Source of the DNA: a virus
Virus record (IMG/VR): IMGVR_UViG_3300020417_001379
Coordinates: 5,021-69,020 of that record
DNA: 64,000 nucleotides
Reading direction: 5' to 3' (one strand)
The translations under genes were made by a program, and so were the position numbers. Shown here piece after piece: positions 20,783 through 30,032 of this stretch. The notes beneath the pieces were generated by a model, which saw only the letters and a program-made list of their open reading frames with translations, did not search any database and was not told the origin of the DNA. Every line of letters begins with the position of its first letter. Position 1 is the stretch's first letter.

Positions 20783-21096
20783 CTAAATGCTGTCTGTTGG
20801 GTAGCACTTGAGCCTGTAATACGGCTGACGCTGACTTTCTTTTTGCTCACCCAATCTACTCTACTCCCAAGATATTGAGATACCCTGTGAGGGTAGGGAC
20901 TGTTACGCATTCTGTATAGAGGCTTACCTGTATTAGCACTACTCTTGTTGCCTATCATAGTAGCCTGTTCTACAATCTGCCGACCTGTAAAGTAAGCATC
21001 GGGGTCTCTGTCGAATTCAGACATAAGAAATCTCTTTACTGCTTCCAACCATTGAGGCTGACCCGCATACTTGTTAGGCGTAAATCGTCTATCCAC
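20770..21096 (-). CDS. putative winged-helix DNA-binding protein
   Basis: FTGRQIVE...VSQYL...W pattern; basic. Confidence 0.5.
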   Translation of the reverse strand: MDRRFTPNKYAGQPQWLEAVKRFLMSEFDRDPDAYFTGRQIVEQATMIGNKSSANTGKPLYRMRNSPYPHRVSQYLGSRVDWVSKKKVSVSRITGSSATQQTAFRWKP

Positions 21097-21100
21097 AGAA

Positions 21101-21397
21101 TCACCTCTGAGTCTTACTGCCTCTTGGCCGCGTTTGAATGTTATGCTTTGTAAGCCAATGGTTCACCGCCATAGGGGTAATACCAAATTCTGTCGCTATG
21201 TCCGCCATAGTCCTATTGTGTTGCACATAATTTTCCTCTAACCACACAGGGTCTCGGTAATCCTTAGCCTTTGTTTTATCTACAACGGTTATATTAATTG
21301 AGTATCGGTCATTATCTACGACCGCCAAACCCTCTACGCCTACCATAAGCATATTTCTTACCGTCTCTGTTACTTCATTCACTATCTGCTCATCCAT
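21101..21397 (-). CDS. HTH DNA-binding protein
   Basis: WLEENY...TMADIATEFGITPMAVNHWLTKHNI. Confidence 0.75.
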   Translation of the reverse strand: MDEQIVNEVTETVRNMLMVGVEGLAVVDNDRYSINITVVDKTKAKDYRDPVWLEENYVQHNRTMADIATEFGITPMAVNHWLTKHNIQTRPRGSKTQR

Positions 21398-21401
21398 TTT
21401 A

Positions 21402-22226
21402 TCACTCCACTATACTTGACTGAAATACATAGTCTCCGTTGCCGAAGTCAAAGAGTATCTTCCAACCCTGTCCGTATTCCGAGAAATTGAAAAAGTTAAT
21501 ATTAACATCACCGTTATAATTAGAGAGTAGGTTTTCAAGCCCGCCCTCAAAGGAAGCATCAATATCATAGGTAGGCTCACATGGTCTAATCATAGAGGAA
21601 GTCTGCCCTTTGAGCATCTTCCCTGTCTCTACCTTGTAGCCATCTGTATCGCTGTAAATTCTATAACGGTTAATTTTCTGACCGTTCATTGAATCGCATC
21701 TGAATGCCTCGTAAAGAGTTAGCGCATCCGTCTTTAGAATCAAAGAAGCATATATCTCATCGTTAGGGGCTACATACTTGTAGTGAAGGTTAGCATCCCT
21801 TTGTAACTTTGAGGCAATACTCTCAGAGGTGTTAGTCCATTCCCTAAGAGTCTTAGGGTTGTGAGGAAACGCAAGAGCCTCAGAAGAAGCACTCAGCGTA
21901 GTCTGTTTGTTAGAAGACTTAATCCTTAACTTGTCTCCGTCCTGCTCTAATGTTAGTATGGTCGAATGGTATTTCAAAACACCTAACAAGGTGTCTATGT
22001 CTGTTATGAAAAAGTCGCCATCTGTAAGCGTATCAATAGGAATAGACATTCTGCTCAAAGAGGTTAGCCCGTCCTTCACTAAGGAAGTAACAATGGCTCT
22101 ACCATCTCTACACTTTAGAATACAGGAAAGCACTTGGTCTTGCGACTTACCGCCTACCGTTTGCGTTCTTTTGACCCTATTTAAAAGGGAAGTCAATTGC
22201 TCATTGTGTATCTGTGTTGTCGCCAT
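21402..22226 (-). CDS. putative sliding clamp (PCNA/gp45-like)
   Basis: 274 aa two-domain alpha/beta pattern; sits with PolB and RFC; divergent. Confidence 0.6.
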   Translation of the reverse strand: MATTQIHNEQLTSLLNRVKRTQTVGGKSQDQVLSCILKCRDGRAIVTSLVKDGLTSLSRMSIPIDTLTDGDFFITDIDTLLGVLKYHSTILTLEQDGDKLRIKSSNKQTTLSASSEALAFPHNPKTLREWTNTSESIASKLQRDANLHYKYVAPNDEIYASLILKTDALTLYEAFRCDSMNGQKINRYRIYSDTDGYKVETGKMLKGQTSSMIRPCEPTYDIDASFEGGLENLLSNYNGDVNINFFNFSEYGQGWKILFDFGNGDYVFQSSIVE

Positions 22227-23184
22227 CCTTACTCACCTTCTCTCTCAAGAACGGTAAGCCGAACCATTCAACCTTACCGTTATTCACAGACAGAACCGTA
22301 TGAGTAGAACCGACATATTCCATGTTGCTTCCCTTCATTTCTTCAATAGTCGCCTTGACGCACCACTCCCCTTCATTGAGGCTTTTGTCTCCCTTGACTC
22401 CTGCGGCCATGTCTGCTTTCTTCATGTATCTACTTAGGAATATTTGTTGTGAGAATCGGCGCATAGTGCCCTTTTCCCAATCGGGTCTTTCCCCGACAGT
22501 CATTAGAACCTTCTTACCTGTGCCGTCATCCATATACTGTTGAACGGCCTTCAAGTGGAAGGTGTTGAAAATCTTAGAGACAGGTAGGGCGTGTAGCCTA
22601 TCCAATACATCTCTGTTGAGTCTGTTACGCTCTCTCCACTCCTTTTGGTTGAAGGAGTCGTCTTCATTCTCAATAATACCTTTAGCGAGTAAAGACTGTC
22701 TCATAGCGAATTCGCACCACTTTAGGAAAGTAGAACCACCATCGAAAATAATCCCACCGTATGCTTCGGGGTCTTTCTCAATGTCTTCTGCTAATAGGTT
22801 AATGAACCACTTGGTTTTATTCACAAGAGCCATGTGGTCTATCGAATTGTCTTCGTGGTAAATCGAATCATCGGCTTCGTCCAACAATGGTATAATCATT
22901 ATATTATCTGCATCGGGGTAAATGTAATCAACCGTAGAAGACGCGGAATTATCCACATCTAAAATAACTACCTTTTTACCCTGCTTAATTTCATTGTCTA
23001 ACAAATCAAGAGCGAGTCCTGTCTTGCACGCATTCTCGTGTGCTACAAGAGCCATTCTATACTTCTGTGTAGTCTTTCTATTACCGTCTAATAGGTTACG
23101 GTAATAATCTCTATCATAGAGCGTAGCGGGTGCTTGCTCTACTACTGCCTTCTTAACTGCTGTTCCTTGTGTTCCCCAAGTCAT
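22201..23184 (-). CDS. RecA-fold ATPase (Sak4/AAA_24-like recombinase/annealing protein)
   Basis: Variant P-loop AHENACKT, VILDVD, IIFDGG. Confidence 0.65.
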   Translation of the reverse strand: MTWGTQGTAVKKAVVEQAPATLYDRDYYRNLLDGNRKTTQKYRMALVAHENACKTGLALDLLDNEIKQGKKVVILDVDNSASSTVDYIYPDADNIMIIPLLDEADDSIYHEDNSIDHMALVNKTKWFINLLAEDIEKDPEAYGGIIFDGGSTFLKWCEFAMRQSLLAKGIIENEDDSFNQKEWRERNRLNRDVLDRLHALPVSKIFNTFHLKAVQQYMDDGTGKKVLMTVGERPDWEKGTMRRFSQQIFLSRYMKKADMAAGVKGDKSLNEGEWCVKATIEEMKGSNMEYVGSTHTVLSVNNGKVEWFGLPFLREKVSKDGDNTDTQ

Positions 23185-23198
23185 ATATCATCCATCTC

Positions 23199-23213
23199 CT
23201 ATCCGCATATAAA
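23199..23213 (-). promoter_or_regulatory. promoter motif TTTATATGCGGATAG (also 26176, 27177, 27583; variants 18537, 27083, 32582, 36722; + strand variant ~41495)
   Basis: TATA box with conserved downstream GCGGATAG repeated upstream of minus-strand genes. Confidence 0.75.
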
Positions 23214-23214
23214 G

Positions 23215-24717
23215 TTAGTCTCTCGGTAGTGCTACCATAGCCTCACTTAGTAAAACAAGTGTAGCAATGGAAATAGCGCTACGAATAGAATTGACTACAA
23301 CATCTACGGGGTCAATGACTCCCGCCTCTATCATGTTACACCATTCGTTAGTCTTAGCGTTGTATCCTATACCGTTGAATTCGCCGTCAATCATTTCCGG
23401 CTCTACGAAAACATCACAGTAGGCCGCAATTAAATTAAGGGGCGTAGTAAATGCCTCTACAATCAGAGGGTTGTCTGAGTCTTTACTCAGAGCGTATAGT
23501 AGTGAGCCACCACCTGCAATAATACCATTGCGTTGTGCCGCCCGAACCGCATTAACCGCATCGTCAATGCGCTCCTTACGCTCTCTCAATTCTACCTCGC
23601 TGTCTGCCCCCACAATAATAGAGGCTACACCGCGCTGTAATCTTGCTATCCTACGAGCATAGACTTGCTTATCCCAAGAAGACTCGGCACTTTCCATCAA
23701 TTCTTGTAGGCTTTCAATCTTAGAATCAACAGCATTAACTTTACTCTCTATAACGCACGAGTCTTTCTTACACACTACTGTATCAGCGTAGCCCATAGAA
23801 AGGTCTCCTTCTAATGACTTACCGTTTTCTTTTGCGTGTATTTCTCCGCCCGTTATCGCTTGTATATCCTCAGCCCAAGCCCATTGTGTATCTTTCATAC
23901 CCGCCATCTTTACAAGAGTAGCGTTTATCTTACCCTGCACTACATTAATTAATAAGTTAGGAAGAATAGCGGGGTTGTAATCAGAACAGACAATAAGCAA
24001 GCCTCTACCTTCTTGTAGAGAGGCTTCCATAGCAGGGACTATACTCTCAAAAGTATTTATCTTATCCATGCTAATCAGAACATTAGCGTTGTTAATACTC
24101 TCGGTAAAGTAGGGACTTGCCGACCCTGCCTGTATATCCAAGCCTTCTGTTATCTCATAGTATGTCTCATAACTACTACCGTTCTTCATAGCAATAGCAC
24201 CCTCAGAACCAATCTCGTGCATTACTTCTGCAATGAGACCGCCTAACTCACTATCGTTGTTAGCGGAAATCGTAGCCACATCAATAAGGTTAGCCAACGC
24301 CTCACACTCTGTTGAATTTTCTTTAAGCCCTGTAATAATCTTCTCGGCATCAGCCTTCAATGTATCTACTACCTCTACGGGGTCATCTCCCGCATTAATC
24401 ATATCCATGCCTTCGTTGCATAGAGACTGAGCAATAACAGTAGCAGTAGTCGTTCCATCACCGGAAGAATTCTGAGCCTGTGTAGCCACTTGCTTAATCA
24501 AGTCAATGCCCATCTGCACATACGGGTCGGGGTCATTGACTGCTTGTGCTATGCTAACCCCATCATTTAGAATGAGAGGAAATGAATCCTCTTGCTCTAT
24601 AATGACTGTTGTTGCGTTAGCACCGAGAGTATTCTTGACTGCGTTAGCGACTTTATTTACTCCCTTTAGTAATTTCTTTCTCGCTTCTTTACCCGTTATA
24701 AGTGTATCTTCGCTCAT
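23215..24717 (-). CDS. groEL: group I chaperonin (GroEL/Cpn60-like)
   Basis: NDGVSIA, GDGTTTAT, ERIDDAVNAVRAA, AGGG, GVIDP. Confidence 0.95.
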   Translation of the reverse strand: MSEDTLITGKEARKKLLKGVNKVANAVKNTLGANATTVIIEQEDSFPLILNDGVSIAQAVNDPDPYVQMGIDLIKQVATQAQNSSGDGTTTATVIAQSLCNEGMDMINAGDDPVEVVDTLKADAEKIITGLKENSTECEALANLIDVATISANNDSELGGLIAEVMHEIGSEGAIAMKNGSSYETYYEITEGLDIQAGSASPYFTESINNANVLISMDKINTFESIVPAMEASLQEGRGLLIVCSDYNPAILPNLLINVVQGKINATLVKMAGMKDTQWAWAEDIQAITGGEIHAKENGKSLEGDLSMGYADTVVCKKDSCVIESKVNAVDSKIESLQELMESAESSWDKQVYARRIARLQRGVASIIVGADSEVELRERKERIDDAVNAVRAAQRNGIIAGGGSLLYALSKDSDNPLIVEAFTTPLNLIAAYCDVFVEPEMIDGEFNGIGYNAKTNEWCNMIEAGVIDPVDVVVNSIRSAISIATLVLLSEAMVALPRD

Positions 24718-24950
24718 ACTATCGCCACCACATCACTTTCTCTCACAGCGAAGACATTGTTATAGCGGGCAACGGGAATTAGAATGTCGCCCTTTGTAAC
24801 TATAACTTTGTCTTCTACCTGTGCGTTTATGCTTACATCTGTTCCTTTTGAGACTATCTCAAAAACATGAGACTGTCCCATAATGAGACCGCTCTCGGTC
24901 TCTTCATCTTCCTGTCTCTTAATCAGTAGAAAGTTACCTAATGCTCTCAT
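24714..24950 (-). CDS. groES: co-chaperonin (GroES/Cpn10-like)
   Basis: MRALGNFLLIK...TESGLI...VRESDVVAIV; overlaps groEL start. Confidence 0.9.
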   Translation of the reverse strand: MRALGNFLLIKRQEDEETESGLIMGQSHVFEIVSKGTDVSINAQVEDKVIVTKGDILIPVARYNNVFAVRESDVVAIV

Positions 24951-26143
24951 CAATCCCACCCATCGGCCTCAAGTGTGGCCTGTGTGGTCTCGGTTACTGC
25001 TTCTACCTCGTCAAACGGCCACCATCCATTCACGGACAATCTTTGTTCGTCAGTATCTCGTGTTCTCCATGTTTGTCCCACGAGTAGAATTTTTGTTCCA
25101 ACGGCAAAGTCAATGCGGTGTGCATCAGAAGCACCAACATAGACTTCGACAACGGGGGCAGAGGAAGTTATATCCAAATCAGCACAGACAAGGGTAAAAC
25201 CGCCGTTATCTCTTGGGTCAATGTGAATGACCTCAGCGACAACGCCAAGTATTCTATCCCACCACCCGTCAGAACCGTTGAATGTATCGTAGTATGTTCG
25301 CAAGTCATCAAGGCTCGCAACCATGTTCTCTTCTCCTAAGTAAGAAGCCATAAGTCCCTTCGGGTCAGACTCAAAAATGTCTGCCTTAGACGGGTCAATG
25401 GTGAAATCGGCCATGTCCGCCTTAACATAGGCTCTTGTGCCGTCCTTACCAAGCCTTAGCGCCATAGTTAGTGGCGTGAAGGTAGGGAATTGAATGTCCG
25501 CAGAGTTACCCTGCGCTGTTACGGTCATAGCCTTCCAACCATCTTGGCCTTCTTGCCTACCGAAGAATAGCGAAGTGCGCTCTCTCTCGTTCTGTGGTCT
25601 CGGTGCGCCAAACTTGAAGTTAGGGTCTCCGCTTGGGAAGGTCTTGTTATTCTTATCCCAAACACAGTAGAAATGTGTAATACCGTCTAACTGCATAGCG
25701 TTAGAAGGTAACTCGCTCACGGTAGAAGTATCTTCACCGTAAAAGTCTTCTCGTGCGTATCTTGTAAATGTCCCATCGGCATTATCTGTGTAGAGAACAA
25801 CCGTTCCGTTATCTACAAAGGTCATCCTTACTTCCTCAGAGGCATTCATCAATTGGTTTTTCATCTTGTTGTAGAGAATCTTACCCCATTCTTTAGGTCG
25901 TGGAACGCTTACAAACATACCTTCCATCTTGGAAGCACCGGAGCGTGCGAGTCTTGCGTTGGCGTTGCGTATTTTACTACCCGCTACCTTTAGCGCGAGA
26001 GCGTAAGCATCTGCTTCACTCTTACCTGCACTTGCCCATGCTGAACCCTGTTCTGCAAGAACCGAATCGGTCATTGCCTTTAGGGTCGCAACATCGGTAT
26101 TCAATGTCTTTGCTGTTCTCTCAATTACTTTCTCGTCTATCAT
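24950..26143 (-). CDS. putative RPA/SSB-like OB-fold ssDNA-binding protein
   Basis: OB-like beta patterns (VVAEVIHID...ILLVGQT...LSVNGW); acidic tail; replication cluster. Confidence 0.55.
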   Translation of the reverse strand: MIDEKVIERTAKTLNTDVATLKAMTDSVLAEQGSAWASAGKSEADAYALALKVAGSKIRNANARLARSGASKMEGMFVSVPRPKEWGKILYNKMKNQLMNASEEVRMTFVDNGTVVLYTDNADGTFTRYAREDFYGEDTSTVSELPSNAMQLDGITHFYCVWDKNNKTFPSGDPNFKFGAPRPQNERERTSLFFGRQEGQDGWKAMTVTAQGNSADIQFPTFTPLTMALRLGKDGTRAYVKADMADFTIDPSKADIFESDPKGLMASYLGEENMVASLDDLRTYYDTFNGSDGWWDRILGVVAEVIHIDPRDNGGFTLVCADLDITSSAPVVEVYVGASDAHRIDFAVGTKILLVGQTWRTRDTDEQRLSVNGWWPFDEVEAVTETTQATLEADGWD

Positions 26144-26191
26144 GGCTCTTCACCTTGCTGTATCCACCGCTTTACCTATCCGCATATAAAG

Positions 26192-27064
26192 TTAAGCATC
26201 CAAACACATTCTCACGAAGTTAGCAATGACTATTGCAGGTTCGACACCTGCTATGAAATCACGCTCTGCTGTTACGGACGCATCTATAACCGCTAATTTA
26301 GAGGCGGTTCTCGCGTTGGAATCTACCGCGTGCAGAAATACTCTACGCACGCTTCTTCGTGGGTCAAAGCCCACTATACACTTGTATGCTTCTTCGTAAT
26401 CCTTCTCACGGAAAACCATAGTCAAGAATAAATTAGGTTGAAAGTCATCGTCTAACAGGGAATGCAAAAACTTGTCGCCGTTCTCCATGCCTGCATACGC
26501 TTGTAAGCAATTTATAGCGGAGCGCAAGTCGCCTTTGTTAGCCTCTATAATTAAATCCAATTGAGTATCATTAATCTCTACGCCTTCTTTGCCCGCTATA
26601 ATAGTTAGTCTATCTTTCATGTCGCCGTCTGCAATAGGCTTGAAGTGCAAGACCCTACAACGAGACTGTAACCAAGTAGAAATCTTGCTTAGGTCGTTGC
26701 AGGTGAGAATAAAATACCCTGTTGCATTCTCAATAACTCCTTTGAGAGCGGACTGAGCAGAAGCAGTCAATTGGTCTGCTTCGTCAAGTAGGAATATCTG
26801 CTTCCAATTACCTGTGCGGGACATAGGTAGTAACTCTTCTTCTACAAACTCTATGCCTCTTGTCTTCTTGCTACTTGCATTGAAGGTGTGAATAACAAAA
26901 TCATATCTCTCGGCCAAAGCATTAGCCAAACTCGTTTTGCCTGTGCCCGCTTCGGGGCTGTGGAATATCATGTGTCCCATAGAAGGTATAGCGTCAAGCA
27001 CCCTGTCCTGCCCTACTATCTCATCGAGACTTGGCCTGTGTTTGACTGCCCATAATTTACTCAT
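26192..27064 (-). CDS. rfcS: replication factor C small subunit (clamp loader)
   Basis: WAVKHRP, GTGKT, NAS, LDEAD, LQSRC, GDLRSAIN. Confidence 0.95.
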   Translation of the reverse strand: MSKLWAVKHRPSLDEIVGQDRVLDAIPSMGHMIFHSPEAGTGKTSLANALAERYDFVIHTFNASSKKTRGIEFVEEELLPMSRTGNWKQIFLLDEADQLTASAQSALKGVIENATGYFILTCNDLSKISTWLQSRCRVLHFKPIADGDMKDRLTIIAGKEGVEINDTQLDLIIEANKGDLRSAINCLQAYAGMENGDKFLHSLLDDDFQPNLFLTMVFREKDYEEAYKCIVGFDPRRSVRRVFLHAVDSNARTASKLAVIDASVTAERDFIAGVEPAIVIANFVRMCLDA

Positions 27065-27192
27065 TAAATCACCTGTTATGGCTTATCCGACTTTTATACG
27101 AAAATGTAGCGCACATGGTTACGGTTTAGGACTACCACCTTGTTTTCGGTAATCTCGCCATATTTACACGCTGAATCTATCCGCATATAAAG

Positions 27193-27552
27193 TTAGCCAA
27201 AGCGCTTCTCAATGAGTATCGCTGTGAGGAATCTGTATAGTAAAGCCATCTCGTGCTTGAATCCCATAGGGTTCTTGCTATCAGTATCTATACCCATTAA
27301 AATACCGATAGTTAAACCACGAATGTAATCAACCGACCATTCATCTGCTTCTCCGAGATGCTTGACTATCTCATCGAAATGCTCATCATCGGGCAAAGCA
27401 AAATCTACATCGGCTAAATATGCTATGCAGTCTTTGATATATGCAACCTGCATAGAATTGTCCTCAGTAAGTATGTCCGCTAATAGCGGGTCTGTTCCGT
27501 ATGCGCTTACTGAGTTAATGAAGTCCAACATGAATCTCATCTCGTCTTCCAT
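27193..27552 (-). CDS. hypothetical protein
   Basis: 119 aa ORF with its own TTTATATGCGGATAG promoter. Confidence 0.6.
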   Translation of the reverse strand: MEDEMRFMLDFINSVSAYGTDPLLADILTEDNSMQVAYIKDCIAYLADVDFALPDDEHFDEIVKHLGEADEWSVDYIRGLTIGILMGIDTDSKNPMGFKHEMALLYRFLTAILIEKRFG

Positions 27553-27598
27553 GCTTCATGTATGGTTATAGTGATTCATAATCTATCCGCATATAAAA

Positions 27599-27994
27599 TT
27601 ACTTTCTAACACAATGGAGACATACCTTACTCTTAGGTGGAAGGACTCTTATTCTCCCGCATTTGCACTTCACAGCCAAAGATTTCTGCTGTGGAGTCAT
27701 TACAGTTAAAGAACGGCTATAAATAATATCTTCCTTACTCTTGATTAATTTCCTATCAACATCATAAATCAAGTGATTAGCCTTAGTGCCTACTGCATTC
27801 TCCACTTGCTCAGAGCCTACGGCTACAACCTGTGGGTTCTTAGACATTAAAGCACTCAAACTATGGGGTGAGGGGACTGTTCTAACAGATTTCTCCTTGC
27901 TAAGAAGGTCAGCCATACCCTCTTTAGTCATCTCCCCATACTTGAATAGCAAATCAACAATGATGCGCCGGATTCTGCGGTTGTTGGCGCTCAT
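27599..27994 (-). CDS. winged-helix + Zn-finger protein
   Basis: GEMTKEGMADLL...SLSALM; C-terminal CKC...CLHC. Confidence 0.6.
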   Translation of the reverse strand: MSANNRRIRRIIVDLLFKYGEMTKEGMADLLSKEKSVRTVPSPHSLSALMSKNPQVVAVGSEQVENAVGTKANHLIYDVDRKLIKSKEDIIYSRSLTVMTPQQKSLAVKCKCGRIRVLPPKSKVCLHCVRK

Positions 27995-28032
27995 GTCCCT
28001 CTGTGATACTTAAGGGTATATGAATAGTATTA

Positions 28033-28194
28033 TTAATCATTTTGAGACAAATACATTGCTGAATAGAAAAAGGCATCATCATCTTCCCTTTCTTGTGGTG
28101 GCTCTTCCCAATGTGTAAAATACTTTACCCATAAAATATTAAGGATAATGTAACAAAACAGCGTGAAAAGGATAAAAAACCACGCTACACCCAT
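28033..28194 (-). CDS. small single-TM membrane protein (53 aa)
   Basis: MGVAWFFILFTLFCYIILNILWVKYF + acidic tail; read manually. Confidence 0.5.
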   Translation of the reverse strand: MGVAWFFILFTLFCYIILNILWVKYFTHWEEPPQEREDDDAFFYSAMYLSQND

Positions 28195-28844
28195 TCATTC
28201 ACCGCCTGCTTTCGCTTCTTCATGCCTTTAGGCACAGCATCATTGCCCTCTCGCACTTCATTAGCGACAGCAGGGGCGGTCTTTAATATCTCCCGCCAAT
28301 ACTTATCATTTTGTCTGAAAGGGTAAGGCACTTCCTCTGCTTCGCCTTTCTTTTTAGGAAATTGTGTTCTACTTCTTTTTGGTTCTACTCCGTATGCAAA
28401 TATAGCCCTTACATAATCATCGGGCAATTCCATATTAGCATCTGCAATCCTACGCCACAGGTTAATATCATCTCTATTTACTCTAAGGAAAGCCAAGCCG
28501 TAGGGTATAGGTAAATCCTGTATGCTTTTCCATACTCTTTTTCTATCAGTCCAAGAAAGTATAGAGGTTATATTATTCATAAAATTATTCTTGGGCTTCT
28601 TGTAGGAGTCGTCAAAAATCACAGAGTCTTTTAACTTACCCGTTATCTTTGGTGGTTTGTCTATACACACTACTAATTTCTTAGCGACATAGGGAAGCCA
28701 AGCCTCTACATCTTTCTGTGTGAATCTGCTCGTCCTTAGTATGTAGGTTAGGTCTCTACTCGTAGGTGGTGTGTCTATTCTACCGACCATTAACACATGA
28801 GGCTCTGCTAAGAATTTCTCATCATCGTTGGTGAATATAATCAA
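28185..28844 (-). CDS. hypothetical protein
   Basis: 219 aa ORF in a tightly packed operon. Confidence 0.65.
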   Translation of the reverse strand: MIIFTNDDEKFLAEPHVLMVGRIDTPPTSRDLTYILRTSRFTQKDVEAWLPYVAKKLVVCIDKPPKITGKLKDSVIFDDSYKKPKNNFMNNITSILSWTDRKRVWKSIQDLPIPYGLAFLRVNRDDINLWRRIADANMELPDDYVRAIFAYGVEPKRSRTQFPKKKGEAEEVPYPFRQNDKYWREILKTAPAVANEVREGNDAVPKGMKKRKQAVNEWV

Positions 28845-28856
28845 AATTTTTTCCCC

Positions 28857-29126
28857 CTATTTTTCTGAATCTGCTATATATACAAACGGGTCATGTGCAT
28901 AGACATAATCGCATAGTCTTCTGTATTGGGAATCAGTAAGTAGCCAAGCATCCCTAACTGCTTTAGCCGTTAAATTATAGCCGTTGTTAGACCAATTAAT
29001 TTTGTTGTTACCAAGAGTAGCAACCAAGCCATCTTCTTGCATGGCTTGTATCAATTTAGGCCACTCGCTCTTGTATATCGGGCGTGTGAATAAATGCCTA
29101 TTCGTTTTGCTTCGCCAACGCTTCAT
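28857..29126 (-). CDS. hypothetical protein
   Basis: 89 aa ORF overlapping its neighbour. Confidence 0.55.
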   Translation of the reverse strand: MKRWRSKTNRHLFTRPIYKSEWPKLIQAMQEDGLVATLGNNKINWSNNGYNLTAKAVRDAWLLTDSQYRRLCDYVYAHDPFVYIADSEK

Positions 29127-29409
29127 CTAACGGACTCTCCTTTTTCTTGTAGGTCTTTACACCTGCTCTTGCACCTTCCGGCCATTTAGTATTCATTGTT
29201 ACCTTGACCGAGTATTCATTGCGTGAGCCTTCGGGGTTACGAGACCATAAAATACCTATCTCTAAACCTTCAAGGTATTCTAACGCCTTTACCTCGTCAT
29301 CGAAAAACATAGGGGGCATTCTTACCCAATTGTAATCAGACCTAAAGTAATCGTATCGCCCGTCTGTTCCCATACCCGTTACTTTAAAGGGCATATTACT
29401 CATACTCAT
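29098..29409 (-). CDS. hypothetical protein
   Basis: 103 aa ORF with ATGA overlap. Confidence 0.6.
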   Translation of the reverse strand: MSMSNMPFKVTGMGTDGRYDYFRSDYNWVRMPPMFFDDEVKALEYLEGLEIGILWSRNPEGSRNEYSVKVTMNTKWPEGARAGVKTYKKKESPLDEALAKQNE

Positions 29410-30032
29410 TCAATCACCTCGTATTCTGCATCTATAACATTAGACGGGGCTTTCAGAGAAGCCATCCTTAACTCTATGTCGTCAAGCAATTCGGGGTGTC
29501 CTCTCAAAGTATCAACAAGAATAGCGCTTAAACTATTCATCTGTGCTTGAGCCAAAAGCAATTGTGAATCAACACCAATCTCTTTCTTCAATTGACCCAC
29601 TAACTTTAGGCTTGAGTTAGCCTGCGCTATGAGTCTCGTAGCATCGGCTACGAAGTCAGAAGTAATACCACCATGCGCCTCTTTCCTTTCCTCTAACTCA
29701 TCAAGGTAGGAGCGAATACGAACCACAATATCTTCTGCGGAATCAAGCGTGTTAATTGACTGCTCTCTCGCTCGTTCCATGTGTGTTGCTTCTTCGGGGT
29801 CATACTCAATATGACTTTCCATGTGCTTCATTACTGTGCCTTCCGGCCAATTATGTTTAGACTCTAAATAATCCGGTGTTGCATCTTCCGACATAATATC
29901 CTTCTCGTATTGCTTACGGTTTTTATGGTCGCACATGGGGCAACCACCATCGAGAACCCATCGTAGCACTTCTACTACGAACATATCATTTTCATTAGCA
30001 AGTCTCTGTTGTATCTCTAATCGCGTCTTCAT
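29406..30032 (-). CDS. Zn-finger/coiled-coil protein (possible terminase small subunit or helicase partner)
   Basis: CPMC.H...H...H then helices ending VIDAEYEVIE; coupled to the MCM-like gene. Confidence 0.45.
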   Translation of the reverse strand: MKTRLEIQQRLANENDMFVVEVLRWVLDGGCPMCDHKNRKQYEKDIMSEDATPDYLESKHNWPEGTVMKHMESHIEYDPEEATHMERAREQSINTLDSAEDIVVRIRSYLDELEERKEAHGGITSDFVADATRLIAQANSSLKLVGQLKKEIGVDSQLLLAQAQMNSLSAILVDTLRGHPELLDDIELRMASLKAPSNVIDAEYEVIE

